Shown here: positions 50,614-59,566 of the stretch, piece by piece | Numbering within the stretch: position 1 is the first letter of the stretch | Layout: each line of letters begins with the position of its first letter | Source of the DNA: a virus | Lineage: Duplodnaviria; Caudoviricetes | Length of the DNA stretch: 64,000 nt | Direction: 5' to 3' (one strand) | Virus record (IMG/VR): IMGVR_UViG_3300037602_000037 | Notes under the pieces: generated by a model | The model's input: the letters and a program-made list of their open reading frames with translations, nothing else | The model's database searches: none | What the model was told of the DNA's origin: nothing | Program-made: the position numbers and the translations under genes

Positions 50614-51687
50614 TTAATAAAAAAGTACGGGGGACTTTGACCGGTTATAGGCGTTTAAAACCTTTTGTTCTTTAGCAAAAGACATTTCTTTGCAGAACAC
50701 CAAAGGCGGGTAACCAGAAGAACCTTTGTTATCGACCCAAGTAGATTTCTTCATAACTTCATATTCCTTACTGGAAGGAACCAAGGTTTTACCTTCCTTA
50801 GACTTAAGGGAAGTCATGTCGTAAGTAGCACGAAATTTCAATTCTCTAGCAAGAAGTATCGTTGACTTAACGGAAATGTCATCAGCTACCAAAGTCACTT
50901 TACCCTTTAGTTTTTTCATATTACGCGTTAAATATTCGTGTTTGTCCCCAAAGGAAGATCCCGGTATTGAAGACGTAAAAACGTAAAACCTAAACATAGT
51001 AGAATAGTTTTCAGCCTTTTTACCAGTAGGGAAGCCCAAATGTTTCCACAATTTAGATATTACGTCAATAACAACGTTGTCTAACTTAGTACCACGTCTC
51101 ACTACTGGAACAAGAAGTACGCCGCTATGTCTAAACGTGCGTCCAAAGTTTTCGATGTACTTAGATATTGATTCAAAAATTTTATCGCCGTATTTACTCC
51201 AAACTTCAGGGTAGTCATGCAGACCTATGACTAGATCGTCGAGATGCAAACCATGTACTTTTCGAGAAGCTCTCTCAAACTCATTAACGTCTGTAAAAAG
51301 CTTTTTGATTATACTATTACCGATTAGACGCCATAAGCTATTATTTATTGACATCAAATTTTTTGATGTAGTGTCTCTCACTGTAGACAACTTAAACTTG
51401 GGCGGCAGTGTGCAAAATTTTAGAATATCGTCTTCAGTGAGTTGTCTATCCGTATGTCCCTCATAGTTAACTAAACCAATACGACCATATTTAGTAGGAC
51501 CAGCATTCTTAGGGTCTAGCTTAACTTCCATACGTTTAGGGGATTCACGAACCAAGTTACGATGATCGACCTTGCGCTGTTTAGCTTCTTTGGTAGCTCG
51601 TTCCTTCAAAGCCTTACGTGCTTCTTTCTTAGTCGTAACCTTTACAGTGTTACGAACTTTATTTTTATTTTCTTTAGAGGGCATCAT
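50614..51687 (-). CDS. Hypothetical basic protein
   Basis: Long ORF; start moved to ATG 51687 after GGAG. Confidence 0.65.
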   Translation of the reverse strand: MMPSKENKNKVRNTVKVTTKKEARKALKERATKEAKQRKVDHRNLVRESPKRMEVKLDPKNAGPTKYGRIGLVNYEGHTDRQLTEDDILKFCTLPPKFKLSTVRDTTSKNLMSINNSLWRLIGNSIIKKLFTDVNEFERASRKVHGLHLDDLVIGLHDYPEVWSKYGDKIFESISKYIENFGRTFRHSGVLLVPVVRRGTKLDNVVIDVISKLWKHLGFPTGKKAENYSTMFRFYVFTSSIPGSSFGDKHEYLTRNMKKLKGKVTLVADDISVKSTILLARELKFRATYDMTSLKSKEGKTLVPSSKEYEVMKKSTWVDNKGSSGYPPLVFCKEMSFAKEQKVLNAYNRSKSPVLFY

Positions 51688-51744
51688 AATCTCCAATAGC
51701 ACACAAATTTAGGTAGTATATTGTAACACGTTTACTAACTACAA

Positions 51745-52653
51745 TCAAGCGCTAATTTCCTTAGTTTCTTCCGTATCCTTACTATAACGTTTAACCTTCA
51801 GCCCATGTTTTTGCATAGACTCTATAACTTCTTCCTCTTCAAACTTAGTGAAGAGACCTAGCATATGGGCGTAAATACCACAAAATTCTGGACCATGAGC
51901 TGAAACAGTGGACAACTTTATTTTATGGTTAACAACCACGTGGACTAATTCGTGCAACAAAGTGTCAATAGTTGAGTCATGTACTTTCACATAACTAAAA
52001 GCTGGGTTTTCGGAAGTGAAATCATCCTTATAAGTATGGGTTACACCCATTCTAGTTTTTGATCTAGTAGAACTGTTATCCAATAATATCTTATCTTTAG
52101 GTAGCTTGAAATGGGATATAATCCTTTTAGCAAATTTACGTAGTTCTGAAACAGAAAATCTTTTCCAATGGGGATCATCACGTTTTGCTAAAATAAAGAA
52201 CTTATGTTCCCATGCGTACAGTTTATTACGCTGGCTATCTTTCTTAGATTTTGAGGATATTACTTTCTTCAATAATTTCTTCAAAATAGTCATATGTTTA
52301 TTTATATCTTTGAAAGCAGCCGAAGTTAAAGATATAAATCTTTTCTCTCCATCTTCTTTTGTTCCTTTATGCATTTCTAAAATTGCTATATACGGATTTT
52401 TTGACAAAATGGACTTTAGGTCATCTAAAGAAATAGATGACCCATGCAATTCAACCATAGATTTACCATCTTGAACAACACCTATTCTCATTGCAGCCTT
52501 ACCGTCTAAGTCTTGCAATTTAAGAACATGATTAGGAGTTATTTCAAAACATCTAAGTCTGTAGGATTTATTTTTATATTTCACTTTCTTAGTTAGAATA
52601 GACTTTTCTTTTTTAAGCATAGCGAAAGCAGCAACTACTGGAATAGATTCCAT
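51745..52653 (-). CDS. SprT-like zinc metalloprotease domain protein
   Basis: TLLHELVH...HGPEF. Confidence 0.75.
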   Translation of the reverse strand: MESIPVVAAFAMLKKEKSILTKKVKYKNKSYRLRCFEITPNHVLKLQDLDGKAAMRIGVVQDGKSMVELHGSSISLDDLKSILSKNPYIAILEMHKGTKEDGEKRFISLTSAAFKDINKHMTILKKLLKKVISSKSKKDSQRNKLYAWEHKFFILAKRDDPHWKRFSVSELRKFAKRIISHFKLPKDKILLDNSSTRSKTRMGVTHTYKDDFTSENPAFSYVKVHDSTIDTLLHELVHVVVNHKIKLSTVSAHGPEFCGIYAHMLGLFTKFEEEEVIESMQKHGLKVKRYSKDTEETKEISA

Positions 52654-52668
52654 GTTATTCTCCGAGTA

Positions 52669-53151
52669 TCAAGAACGCTCTAACCAGTAATTAGGGTGTT
52701 TTATTGACCGTTTTAGAATGTCAATATACTCAGCTTCTTCAATTGGCTTACCTCTATACCTGTACCAATCAGGTTGTAATCTGTATCTTTCTAATAATCT
52801 TTCACATATCAACTTTTTGTCTTTTTTACTCGGTTTCCATTCAATGCAAGGTACTTTATCGAATAACTCGAAATGGCAGGATCGATTACTAGGATTTATT
52901 TTAAACCCACGACGCGTTAATACGTGGCATATCAATGCATAACGCACCTTCATAAAGCGTTTCTTATTATAGAAAAACATCACATGGCCTGTATTAAGTG
53001 TGTACTCCTCAGGAAGCTTATTTTCGTTATACCCGGCTTTACTGGACAGTGTTCTTTTCAAAGAAGCTCCGACCATTGGAAATTCTCTGTATTCTGCCAT
53101 CAAATGTTGGTCTAGTAGAAACTTAGGGTGTATAGCGTTAATTCTTGTCAT
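52669..53151 (-). CDS. denV: Pyrimidine dimer DNA glycosylase (T4 endonuclease V)
   Basis: MTRIN...L.DQHLMAEYRE.P, YTL.TGHV.FFY.K, P.WYRY. Confidence 0.95.
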   Translation of the reverse strand: MTRINAIHPKFLLDQHLMAEYREFPMVGASLKRTLSSKAGYNENKLPEEYTLNTGHVMFFYNKKRFMKVRYALICHVLTRRGFKINPSNRSCHFELFDKVPCIEWKPSKKDKKLICERLLERYRLQPDWYRYRGKPIEEAEYIDILKRSIKHPNYWLERS

Positions 53152-53214
53152 AATCTATTTCCGTTTAGTCTACTACCAGAATAACAAATTTTACTAGTAA
53201 ATACAATCACTTTT

Positions 53215-53898
53215 TTAGGCTAAAAATCCCTTGATTGTTTCTGATGGCGGAATAAGGAATTTCCCATTTGCATATCTTGCGTGGTCCATTATTTTTGGAG
53301 CTTCGAAATCCATTCTAACTTCTATAAAATCAGATAAATTATAGTACCCAAATTGCATTTCAAAATTCTTAACAAAAGCATTCTTCATTGCTACAATGTA
53401 GTAACCACAATCTTCCCTAATTGCTATAGAATTATCTGCTGATCGAGTTATTACAGATTGGGTATTCATATCACTTCCTAAATCTTTATACCCGAATATT
53501 GCTAAAATATCACCATTTGAAAAATCATCTACTTCGTAACCATTCCCACTAGGCGAGTGTATTAAACCTTGTATATTTTTTATATCTTCGGGTTTATTTA
53601 ACAGTGTAGCTTCCAGATTAAATGAGTCCTTTTTAAATATCCTCGGTACTGTAGTAGAATATGCTATAGAACCTAATGGAAAATAATCCGTTTCTTGGGA
53701 TATAGCGCACGTACTTATACTACCGAGTCTTTTAACTATTCCAGCTTTATTGCGTATATAAAGTCCTTGCTCAATTTGAGAAATACCGCTAGGTATACTT
53801 TCAATCTCTTCAATTGTCTGTTTAGGTAAGCCTGTTACAGCTACAGCAGCACTAGCACCTAATAATTGAAGAAATCCGCGCCTATTAATATCAGTCAT
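53215..53898 (-). CDS. Twin-arginine (Tat) signal protein
   Basis: From ATG 53898 (GAGGA SD): MTDINRRGFLQLLGASAAVAV. Confidence 0.7.
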   Translation of the reverse strand: MTDINRRGFLQLLGASAAVAVTGLPKQTIEEIESIPSGISQIEQGLYIRNKAGIVKRLGSISTCAISQETDYFPLGSIAYSTTVPRIFKKDSFNLEATLLNKPEDIKNIQGLIHSPSGNGYEVDDFSNGDILAIFGYKDLGSDMNTQSVITRSADNSIAIREDCGYYIVAMKNAFVKNFEMQFGYYNLSDFIEVRMDFEAPKIMDHARYANGKFLIPPSETIKGFLA

Positions 53899-53908
53899 TG
53901 GCGTATCC

Positions 53909-54142
53909 TCAATGTTTTGTTTGAGAAGTCTGCAAGGAACCTTCCTCATTCCCTGGATCGAATATATACAATTGTAATTCAGGGTTATTAACTTTGGGCA
54001 TGTAAATTTCGTCCCCTATGTTTAAATCTCCGCTGATACTTTTTAACCAATTGATAGCTTCAGTGAGAGCTTCTTTGCTCACGTTGATATCCCCACTGTG
54101 TACCTTTTCAACTATGTGATTAGGGCAATAATATTTATTCAT
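53909..54142 (-). CDS. Hypothetical protein
   Basis: 77 aa; GGAG SD. Confidence 0.6.
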   Translation of the reverse strand: MNKYYCPNHIVEKVHSGDINVSKEALTEAINWLKSISGDLNIGDEIYMPKVNNPELQLYIFDPGNEEGSLQTSQTKH

Positions 54143-54196
54143 TTATTTTCTCCATCGTATACGTATACTTTACCGAAAAAACGTTTGTGTGAAATA

Positions 54197-54218
54197 AAAA
54201 GGGGCCGAAGCCCCTTTT
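54197..54218 (-). terminator. Rho-independent terminator with cUUCGg loop
   Basis: Minus strand AAAAGGGGC-TTCG-GCCCCTTTTT. Confidence 0.9.
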
Positions 54219-54221
54219 CGT

Positions 54222-54401
54222 TTACCAGTTAGCGTCTATAAAATCTTCAACGCTTTCCGCTTCTTCGTCGGTGTCCGCGAATTTCAAAGCCGCGTTAGTT
54301 TCAATAGAACGTTCGATAACTCGCAACAAGTCGGTTTTTTCAACGACGATTTCTTCAAAAACCGAATAGTCATCATTAAGGATAGTAACTTTCACTCGCA
54401 T
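54222..54401 (-). CDS. Small acidic hypothetical protein (59 aa)
   Basis: Start moved to ATG 54401 (AAGGA SD); own promoter and terminator. Confidence 0.65.
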   Translation of the reverse strand: MRVKVTILNDDYSVFEEIVVEKTDLLRVIERSIETNAALKFADTDEEAESVEDFIDANW

Positions 54402-54459
54402 GTGTTTTTCCTTTTCTGTTGTGTAAACGTTAATCGTATTGTTCCGATTAACACCTAAC

Positions 54460-54488
54460 AGTTTATACAAAACCGGCTATAACACAAG
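54460..54488 (-). promoter_or_regulatory. sigma70-type promoter CTTGTGT-N16-TAAACT
   Basis: Same CTTGTGTT -35 as promoters at 56011-56039 and 62684-62713. Confidence 0.6.
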
Positions 54489-54489
54489 A

Positions 54490-54504
54490 GAACAAAAGCA
54501 GAAC
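54490..54504. promoter_or_regulatory. Alphaproteobacterial LexA (SOS) box
   Basis: GAAC-AAAAGCA-GAAC, exact GAAC-N7-GAAC, abutting the -35. Confidence 0.65.
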
Positions 54505-54611
54505 AAAACGAATACGAATCGATTTTATTTTGTTCCGATTATGACGTCGTGACACATAAATCGAAATGCCATCTAGTCATAAAACGTTTGTGTGAAATCG
54601 ATTTAATCGAT

Positions 54612-54644
54612 GTTAACGAGCTGTTAAGGTTTTTCGTTTAGACT
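54612..54644 (+). promoter_or_regulatory. CtrA box with downstream -10
   Basis: TTAA-CGAGCTG-TTAA (TTAA-N7-TTAAC on minus), 11 bp upstream of TAGACT. Confidence 0.55.
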
Positions 54645-54696
54645 GTAATTGTAAGGCGATTTAACCCGTTAACGAAATGTAAAGGAACAGAAACCG

Positions 54697-54852
54697 ATGG
54701 TTAACAATTTCGTAAAACCCCCGAAAATGGGACCTGAAGAAGCTCGTGCATATTGGGCTTACGTGGCGAGGGACTTCTTCAAAATGGGATTTGAACTCCT
54801 GGCTCTTGGTGGTCTACTCTACGTACTGGGACTGTGGATATCCATGGTATGA
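54697..54852 (+). CDS. Small membrane protein (51 aa), not in ORF track
   Basis: AAAGGA SD; MVNNFVKPPKMGPEEARAYWAYVARDFFKMGFELLALGGLLYVLGLWISMV; terminator follows. Confidence 0.65.
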   Translation: MVNNFVKPPKMGPEEARAYWAYVARDFFKMGFELLALGGLLYVLGLWISMV

Positions 54853-54858
54853 TAGATG

Positions 54859-54884
54859 AAGGCGGGGATTTTACTCCCCGCCTT
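54859..54884 (+). terminator. Terminator between convergent genes (possibly bidirectional)
   Basis: AAGGCGGGGA/TCCCCGCCTT followed by TTATTT. Confidence 0.85.
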
Positions 54885-54889
54885 TTATT

Positions 54890-55372
54890 TCATTGGGCAA
54901 TGTACTGCACTATTTCCCCTTTTTCGTTTTTCATTTGCCAAATATCATCAGATTGATTATGTAACAATACGTTTAGAATGAACAGAGAGTGGTAAGCCTC
55001 ATGAGTCTGTTCAATATTTCTTAAAATACTGTTAATATTTGATCCGTTCTCATCACTCGTAACAGAAACAACTTCGCCATCTCCATAGAAAATTTCGTAG
55101 TTACCCAGTTGGAGAACGTCTCCGTGAGTATCGCTTTTACCTTCTAGGAAACGGAACCTCATAAATTTATTTCTACCGGCGTATATGGTAGCGTATTCAT
55201 AGTATCCCCTGGACTTATGGTGTACCATACGGTATTCCAAACCATAAGGCATACAGATGATCGATACTTCATTATCGTACCTATCTTTTTCTGTGTACCA
55301 GTTGATAATTCCCAAACCCAAGCTTGCAAAACGAACGCGACGGTGGTCTATTTCTGTTAAAATGTAGTCCAT
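54890..55372 (-). CDS. Hypothetical protein
   Basis: 160 aa; GGAG SD. Confidence 0.65.
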   Translation of the reverse strand: MDYILTEIDHRRVRFASLGLGIINWYTEKDRYDNEVSIICMPYGLEYRMVHHKSRGYYEYATIYAGRNKFMRFRFLEGKSDTHGDVLQLGNYEIFYGDGEVVSVTSDENGSNINSILRNIEQTHEAYHSLFILNVLLHNQSDDIWQMKNEKGEIVQYIAQ

Positions 55373-55432
55373 GACTATTTCTCCATGTTCATGTTCATAT
55401 TCTTCGTTTAGTTTACTATCGGACTTTGTGCA

Positions 55433-55645
55433 TTACGAAAAAGAAATATCCACAAAGTCCGAAGCTGTTGCTTCCTTACCTCCAAGGTCTTCGACTTCCC
55501 AGTAGTGCCATCTGGCCGCTCTGAATTCGCAAAATTTTGCGACATGATCATCACGACATTTTCTCGCGTTTTCAACATCGGAAACGATGATTGGTACGGG
55601 AGGAAGGTTTTCAAGTTGCCTTATTAAAATTCTAGTTTTCGCCAT
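55433..55645 (-). CDS. Hypothetical protein
   Basis: Start moved to ATG 55645 (AGGAG SD). Confidence 0.55.
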   Translation of the reverse strand: MAKTRILIRQLENLPPVPIIVSDVENARKCRDDHVAKFCEFRAARWHYWEVEDLGGKEATASDFVDISFS

Positions 55646-55659
55646 TTCAGTTCTCCTGT

Positions 55660-55980
55660 TTAGATAAACACGCCAAAAAGTTTGGAACCGTACATTGTCA
55701 GCTTGCCCCAAAACATTGTATACTTCATGCGCATTTTAGTACGCTTTTCCTTTTTCTTTTCCAAGGATTTCTTTTCATCCTTGGGTTTTTCAACAACGGG
55801 CTCAGCAGGAACCCCGTAATGATTGTTGTGTATGTGGACTTCGATATGAATTGGCCGGTTACTAGAGGCAACCGATCCAATCAAATCCGAAATACCTAGG
55901 GTTTTAGCGGCTTCTCTGACTTCGTCAGCATCAGTAACAAGGCCAGAGGGGAAAGATACAATCTTGTTGGCGGAATTCAT
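55660..55980 (-). CDS. Hypothetical protein
   Basis: AGGAG SD; promoter immediately upstream. Confidence 0.65.
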   Translation of the reverse strand: MNSANKIVSFPSGLVTDADEVREAAKTLGISDLIGSVASSNRPIHIEVHIHNNHYGVPAEPVVEKPKDEKKSLEKKKEKRTKMRMKYTMFWGKLTMYGSKLFGVFI

Positions 55981-56010
55981 CGTCGTCTCCTACGTCGTGT
56001 TTCTAAGTGT

Positions 56011-56039
56011 AGTATACACCCAAAGCACCAAAACACAAG
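56011..56039 (-). promoter_or_regulatory. sigma70-type promoter CTTGTGT-N16-TATACT
   Basis: Near-consensus -10; shared -35. Confidence 0.7.
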
Positions 56040-56062
56040 CAGAATTAGGTTATTAATATGGG

Positions 56063-56296
56063 TTACATACGTTTATTAATCAACCTATTTATAGTGATGT
56101 CAGCTATAGCCGCTAAAGACGTAGTAACGAAAAACGTATAAGTTCCAATTTTAGTTATAGTGTCTACGCTTATTGGATTTACGTAATAGGAAAAACACAG
56201 GCACACAAACAAGACGAATGACGTTATACTCAAAGCTAATGATATTAACACAGAAACTATCAACGTCTTTATAAAAAATTTGTTAAATTTACTCAT
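56063..56296 (-). CDS. Small two-TM membrane protein
   Basis: Two hydrophobic stretches. Confidence 0.55.
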   Translation of the reverse strand: MSKFNKFFIKTLIVSVLISLALSITSFVLFVCLCFSYYVNPISVDTITKIGTYTFFVTTSLAAIADITINRLINKRM

Positions 56297-56314
56297 CGTC
56301 TAGCCCCATCGTTT

Positions 56315-56347
56315 AGAAGGGATGCCGTTTACCGCGGCATCCCTTCT
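56315..56347. terminator. Strong intergenic hairpin
   Basis: AGAAGGGATGCCG/CGGCATCCCTTCT 13-bp stem; no U-tract on the coding strand. Confidence 0.6.
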
Positions 56348-56354
56348 TTGGGTT

Positions 56355-57332
56355 TTACTTACCTTTTTCATGTTCTGACTTGATTTGTTTGGACAGTTCC
56401 CAAAAACTACTGTTATCACCCGCCACATTTACGTACAAACTACCCAGTTTGCCAAAGTAGTCTTCAGAATTATAACTAGGATATGGTTGATATTCACTCA
56501 AGGGATTTAAAGAGATCATATATTCTGAATCTCCCTTGCATTTCGAGATTGTTTCACGATACACTTCAAAATAGTGTAAATCAAAGTTAGTTATCGGTAC
56601 AGCATCACTTTGTATTTTGGGGATAAACAATTCTTTGACATAGCTACCCGGTACAGTTATGTCTCCTAAAATTCCGTCATTAACTGTAACTTCTTCAAGA
56701 AGAAGAGAATTACGGTGATATTTTGCAGATACAACCTTAAACAAGGCTTTGAAAGGTGTTCTGGTGTCATCAGGAGTTCCTACAAAAACGAATTCTCCAC
56801 CTTCCAATTTTTCTTTGGGTTGTCCAGGAACTCTATCAAGGTAACTCGAATTGTCTATCCCGTTTGATTTAAATATTCTCACTTTCGGAGCGTAAACACT
56901 GAACCTAAGCCGAGTTTCGCCAACCAAAACGTAGAAACGATCGCTTTCTCTTTCTAGAGCACTATCAAAGTCCGAGACGTATTTATCTTCATAAGCATAC
57001 TTGCTGTCAATGGGCTCCACATAGATTTTATAGTTATCTTTAATCAAGTCCCGGTTGTAAACCCCGGTTTTAATCCGGCATTCCACAGTTGTGAATTCGT
57101 CCTTACCGCCCGACGATGAAGTAAATCCAATACCGACGAAGCTATTCATTATCAACGCGGGCATAAACACGCGAAGATTTTCAACACCATGAACCAAAGC
57201 TGCATCACGAATACTTTTGAAGTAAATTCGGGGAATGTGTGCTCCGGCATAAAATTGATAAGCGTTGGCAGAAGTGGTATTAACGGTTGCTGTATTTTCT
57301 ACTACGTTGCTCATTGTTTCTTCCTTTTTCAT
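56355..57332 (-). CDS. Hypothetical protein, paralog of 58153-59145
   Basis: Shared blocks IR.AA..G...RVF.P, VECRI, ITNF, G.LGSL, FW. Confidence 0.7.
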   Translation of the reverse strand: MKKEETMSNVVENTATVNTTSANAYQFYAGAHIPRIYFKSIRDAALVHGVENLRVFMPALIMNSFVGIGFTSSSGGKDEFTTVECRIKTGVYNRDLIKDNYKIYVEPIDSKYAYEDKYVSDFDSALERESDRFYVLVGETRLRFSVYAPKVRIFKSNGIDNSSYLDRVPGQPKEKLEGGEFVFVGTPDDTRTPFKALFKVVSAKYHRNSLLLEEVTVNDGILGDITVPGSYVKELFIPKIQSDAVPITNFDLHYFEVYRETISKCKGDSEYMISLNPLSEYQPYPSYNSEDYFGKLGSLYVNVAGDNSSFWELSKQIKSEHEKGK

Positions 57333-57340
57333 ATTCGTGT

Positions 57341-57814
57341 TCAGATTAACGAGGTTTTATTGTAGTCCATAACTCCCGATAGGAAGTAGGCAGAAGCTGC
57401 CATTTTCAATTCGTGCGGAGGCTCGAATGATTGCAACATAGATTGCAAAATCATTATCACCGATGTTTTGTAGCGCTGGTCGCTGTACTTCTCTTTCAGA
57501 GTAAACCCTTCGCCTGTAAGTCTCCCACCTCCAAAAAATATGTCAGAGCATTTACTATGGAAAGGATTTCTAGGCGATTTGAATTCATCTGGTATATTCT
57601 TCATCATAGGGTAATCCGATAACTTGTAATCGTCAAACCTCATTTTTGGACATCTAAACGTGTGTTTACCGACCTTAATATCGACGCCCTCAAACGTAGA
57701 CTGCCCAAACGAATCCTTGTTAGTAGTACGCGTATCAGGTTTTAGCACCCCCAGCGCTACACCCTCGCGCTGTGCTGCCTTGAGTTGTTTTTTCAGTTTA
57801 TCTTTCTTGCCCAT
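57341..57814 (-). CDS. Hypothetical protein
   Basis: 157 aa in tightly packed operon. Confidence 0.65.
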   Translation of the reverse strand: MGKKDKLKKQLKAAQREGVALGVLKPDTRTTNKDSFGQSTFEGVDIKVGKHTFRCPKMRFDDYKLSDYPMMKNIPDEFKSPRNPFHSKCSDIFFGGGRLTGEGFTLKEKYSDQRYKTSVIMILQSMLQSFEPPHELKMAASAYFLSGVMDYNKTSLI

Positions 57815-57818
57815 TTCG

Positions 57819-58091
57819 TTACACCTTCACAATGTAGAGTTTATAACCACAAACCCGCAAAATATTTATCGCGGTATTGCACCGTGGGTCTTTTGTTTCG
57901 CCACAAGCCATTCTACCGATAGTTTGGGGCGATATACCCGCCTTCTTGGCTATGTCCTTATAAGTCATTCGGCTGTTAGCGATAGCCGAACGAAGTGTAG
58001 CACATAAGGTAATCGGATTGTCAATCTCGATCAGTTCCGCTGCTTCCGAATTGGAAGATGATTTGATTGATGTTGTAAGCGACATATCCAT
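57819..58091 (-). CDS. XRE/Cro-family HTH transcriptional regulator
   Basis: MTYKDIAKKAGISPQTIGRMACGETKDP. Confidence 0.85.
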   Translation of the reverse strand: MDMSLTTSIKSSSNSEAAELIEIDNPITLCATLRSAIANSRMTYKDIAKKAGISPQTIGRMACGETKDPRCNTAINILRVCGYKLYIVKV

Positions 58092-58152
58092 TACATTCTC
58101 CTAGTCGTCTAGTTAATAGTTATACATATTTACTTTACTATGTACTCAGGAA

Positions 58153-59145
58153 TTACCAACGTTCCTGCTGTTTTCTCCTGTCTCTGACACTTTCAAACAC
58201 TTTCCAAAAATTACACAAGTCTTTTGGGTAACCATAAGACACCAAACTACCCAGCATTCCTATGTTAGCTTCAGCATTGTAACCGTCTAACTCAGGATCA
58301 AGCCAGTCGTCGTCTTCTTTTGGTATCGGTAGATGACATACAGCCAAGTGATTTTCTTCATTGGCTGCAACAATGGCTTCTTGGTACATTTGCATTTCTT
58401 CAATGTTGAAGTTAGTAATGTACGACACAGACCCGAAAACTTTTTCGGTTATACTTTGGTGTAGGAACTCTTCAATAAAATAAGCGGAACACGACTGTTC
58501 TGAGAAGTCATCGTTGTCCATGAAGTAAATAGTTTTGCTCGTATCTCCTTCAACACGCAAAACTCTCACAATTTCATGAACGTTACAATTTTCCTCTACG
58601 TTTCCTACCAGAACAGTTTTCTGGAATTTAACACGAACAATGTCGCCAGCTTGTACTCTTGACTTGGTTCCTTCCGTAAGGCGAGGAACGTTTCGCATGT
58701 TCTCACCAAACGTAAGACGCTGACCTCCTACCTCAACGTAGTAAACATCGGTGTGCATTTTAAGGTCGAAGTCCATATCGAACACGCTGAATTTACGGAA
58801 AGGATATGACTTGTTAACAGGTTCCAGCACGATTTCGTAAATCAAAAAGTCGGCGGTATGGACTTCGGGTGTACCGGGTTCACAAGGCAGAATACGACAT
58901 TCGACCAATTCCGGCGGACTTTTCCTCTTTTTGCGAAGGAAAATGGAATTAGGTACGAAAACTCTAACGTCGTCCAGGCCGTACATGTTCGCGGCAGAAC
59001 GAATGTTTTTGAATTCAGTGAATTTAAGCTCAACACCGTCAAGCTTAAAGGTAGGGAACTTTATTTCATTAGTTGCGATTGCTTCAGTAGCCATCAGATT
59101 CATCCTCAACGTTTTGTTGTGTTTAATAGTTTCCGTAGCCCTCAA
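58153..59145 (-). CDS. Hypothetical protein, paralog of 56355-57332
   Basis: See paralog; start may be ATG 59103. Confidence 0.7.
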   Translation of the reverse strand: MRATETIKHNKTLRMNLMATEAIATNEIKFPTFKLDGVELKFTEFKNIRSAANMYGLDDVRVFVPNSIFLRKKRKSPPELVECRILPCEPGTPEVHTADFLIYEIVLEPVNKSYPFRKFSVFDMDFDLKMHTDVYYVEVGGQRLTFGENMRNVPRLTEGTKSRVQAGDIVRVKFQKTVLVGNVEENCNVHEIVRVLRVEGDTSKTIYFMDNDDFSEQSCSAYFIEEFLHQSITEKVFGSVSYITNFNIEEMQMYQEAIVAANEENHLAVCHLPIPKEDDDWLDPELDGYNAEANIGMLGSLVSYGYPKDLCNFWKVFESVRDRRKQQERW

Positions 59146-59546
59146 TCGTCATCGAGGGTTTTCAAAAACTCCTTCATTTCGTAGTATCCGCGACCAACCT
59201 TGTCCCACATACCGCTTTGTTCCAGTTTTTTACACAGCACCTTCATTTGATAAACTGTTAGACAAGCAGGTTTCGCTTTATCGATTTCGCGAGGGATATG
59301 ATCAGTAATAAAAGCATCCATTGTTTCGGAGTTCGGAGCAAAAGCAACAACTCGCGGCTCAGAAAAATCGTTTCCCTTGTTTTCCAAGGATACGGACGTT
59401 ACAGTAACCTCGGGATTGTAATGCGTCTGATTTTTGATGTCATTGAAGATATAATCCTCCCAGTATTTTGCGGTATGTCCCGATCCCCGAAACGGATCGC
59501 GGTCAATTTCGATTTGTACGGTAAACTTGAACTTTTGCATATTCAT
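59142..59546 (-). CDS. Hypothetical protein
   Basis: AAGGA SD. Confidence 0.6.
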   Translation of the reverse strand: MNMQKFKFTVQIEIDRDPFRGSGHTAKYWEDYIFNDIKNQTHYNPEVTVTSVSLENKGNDFSEPRVVAFAPNSETMDAFITDHIPREIDKAKPACLTVYQMKVLCKKLEQSGMWDKVGRGYYEMKEFLKTLDDD

Positions 59547-59566
59547 GTTCCTTCTAGATTAGTGTA

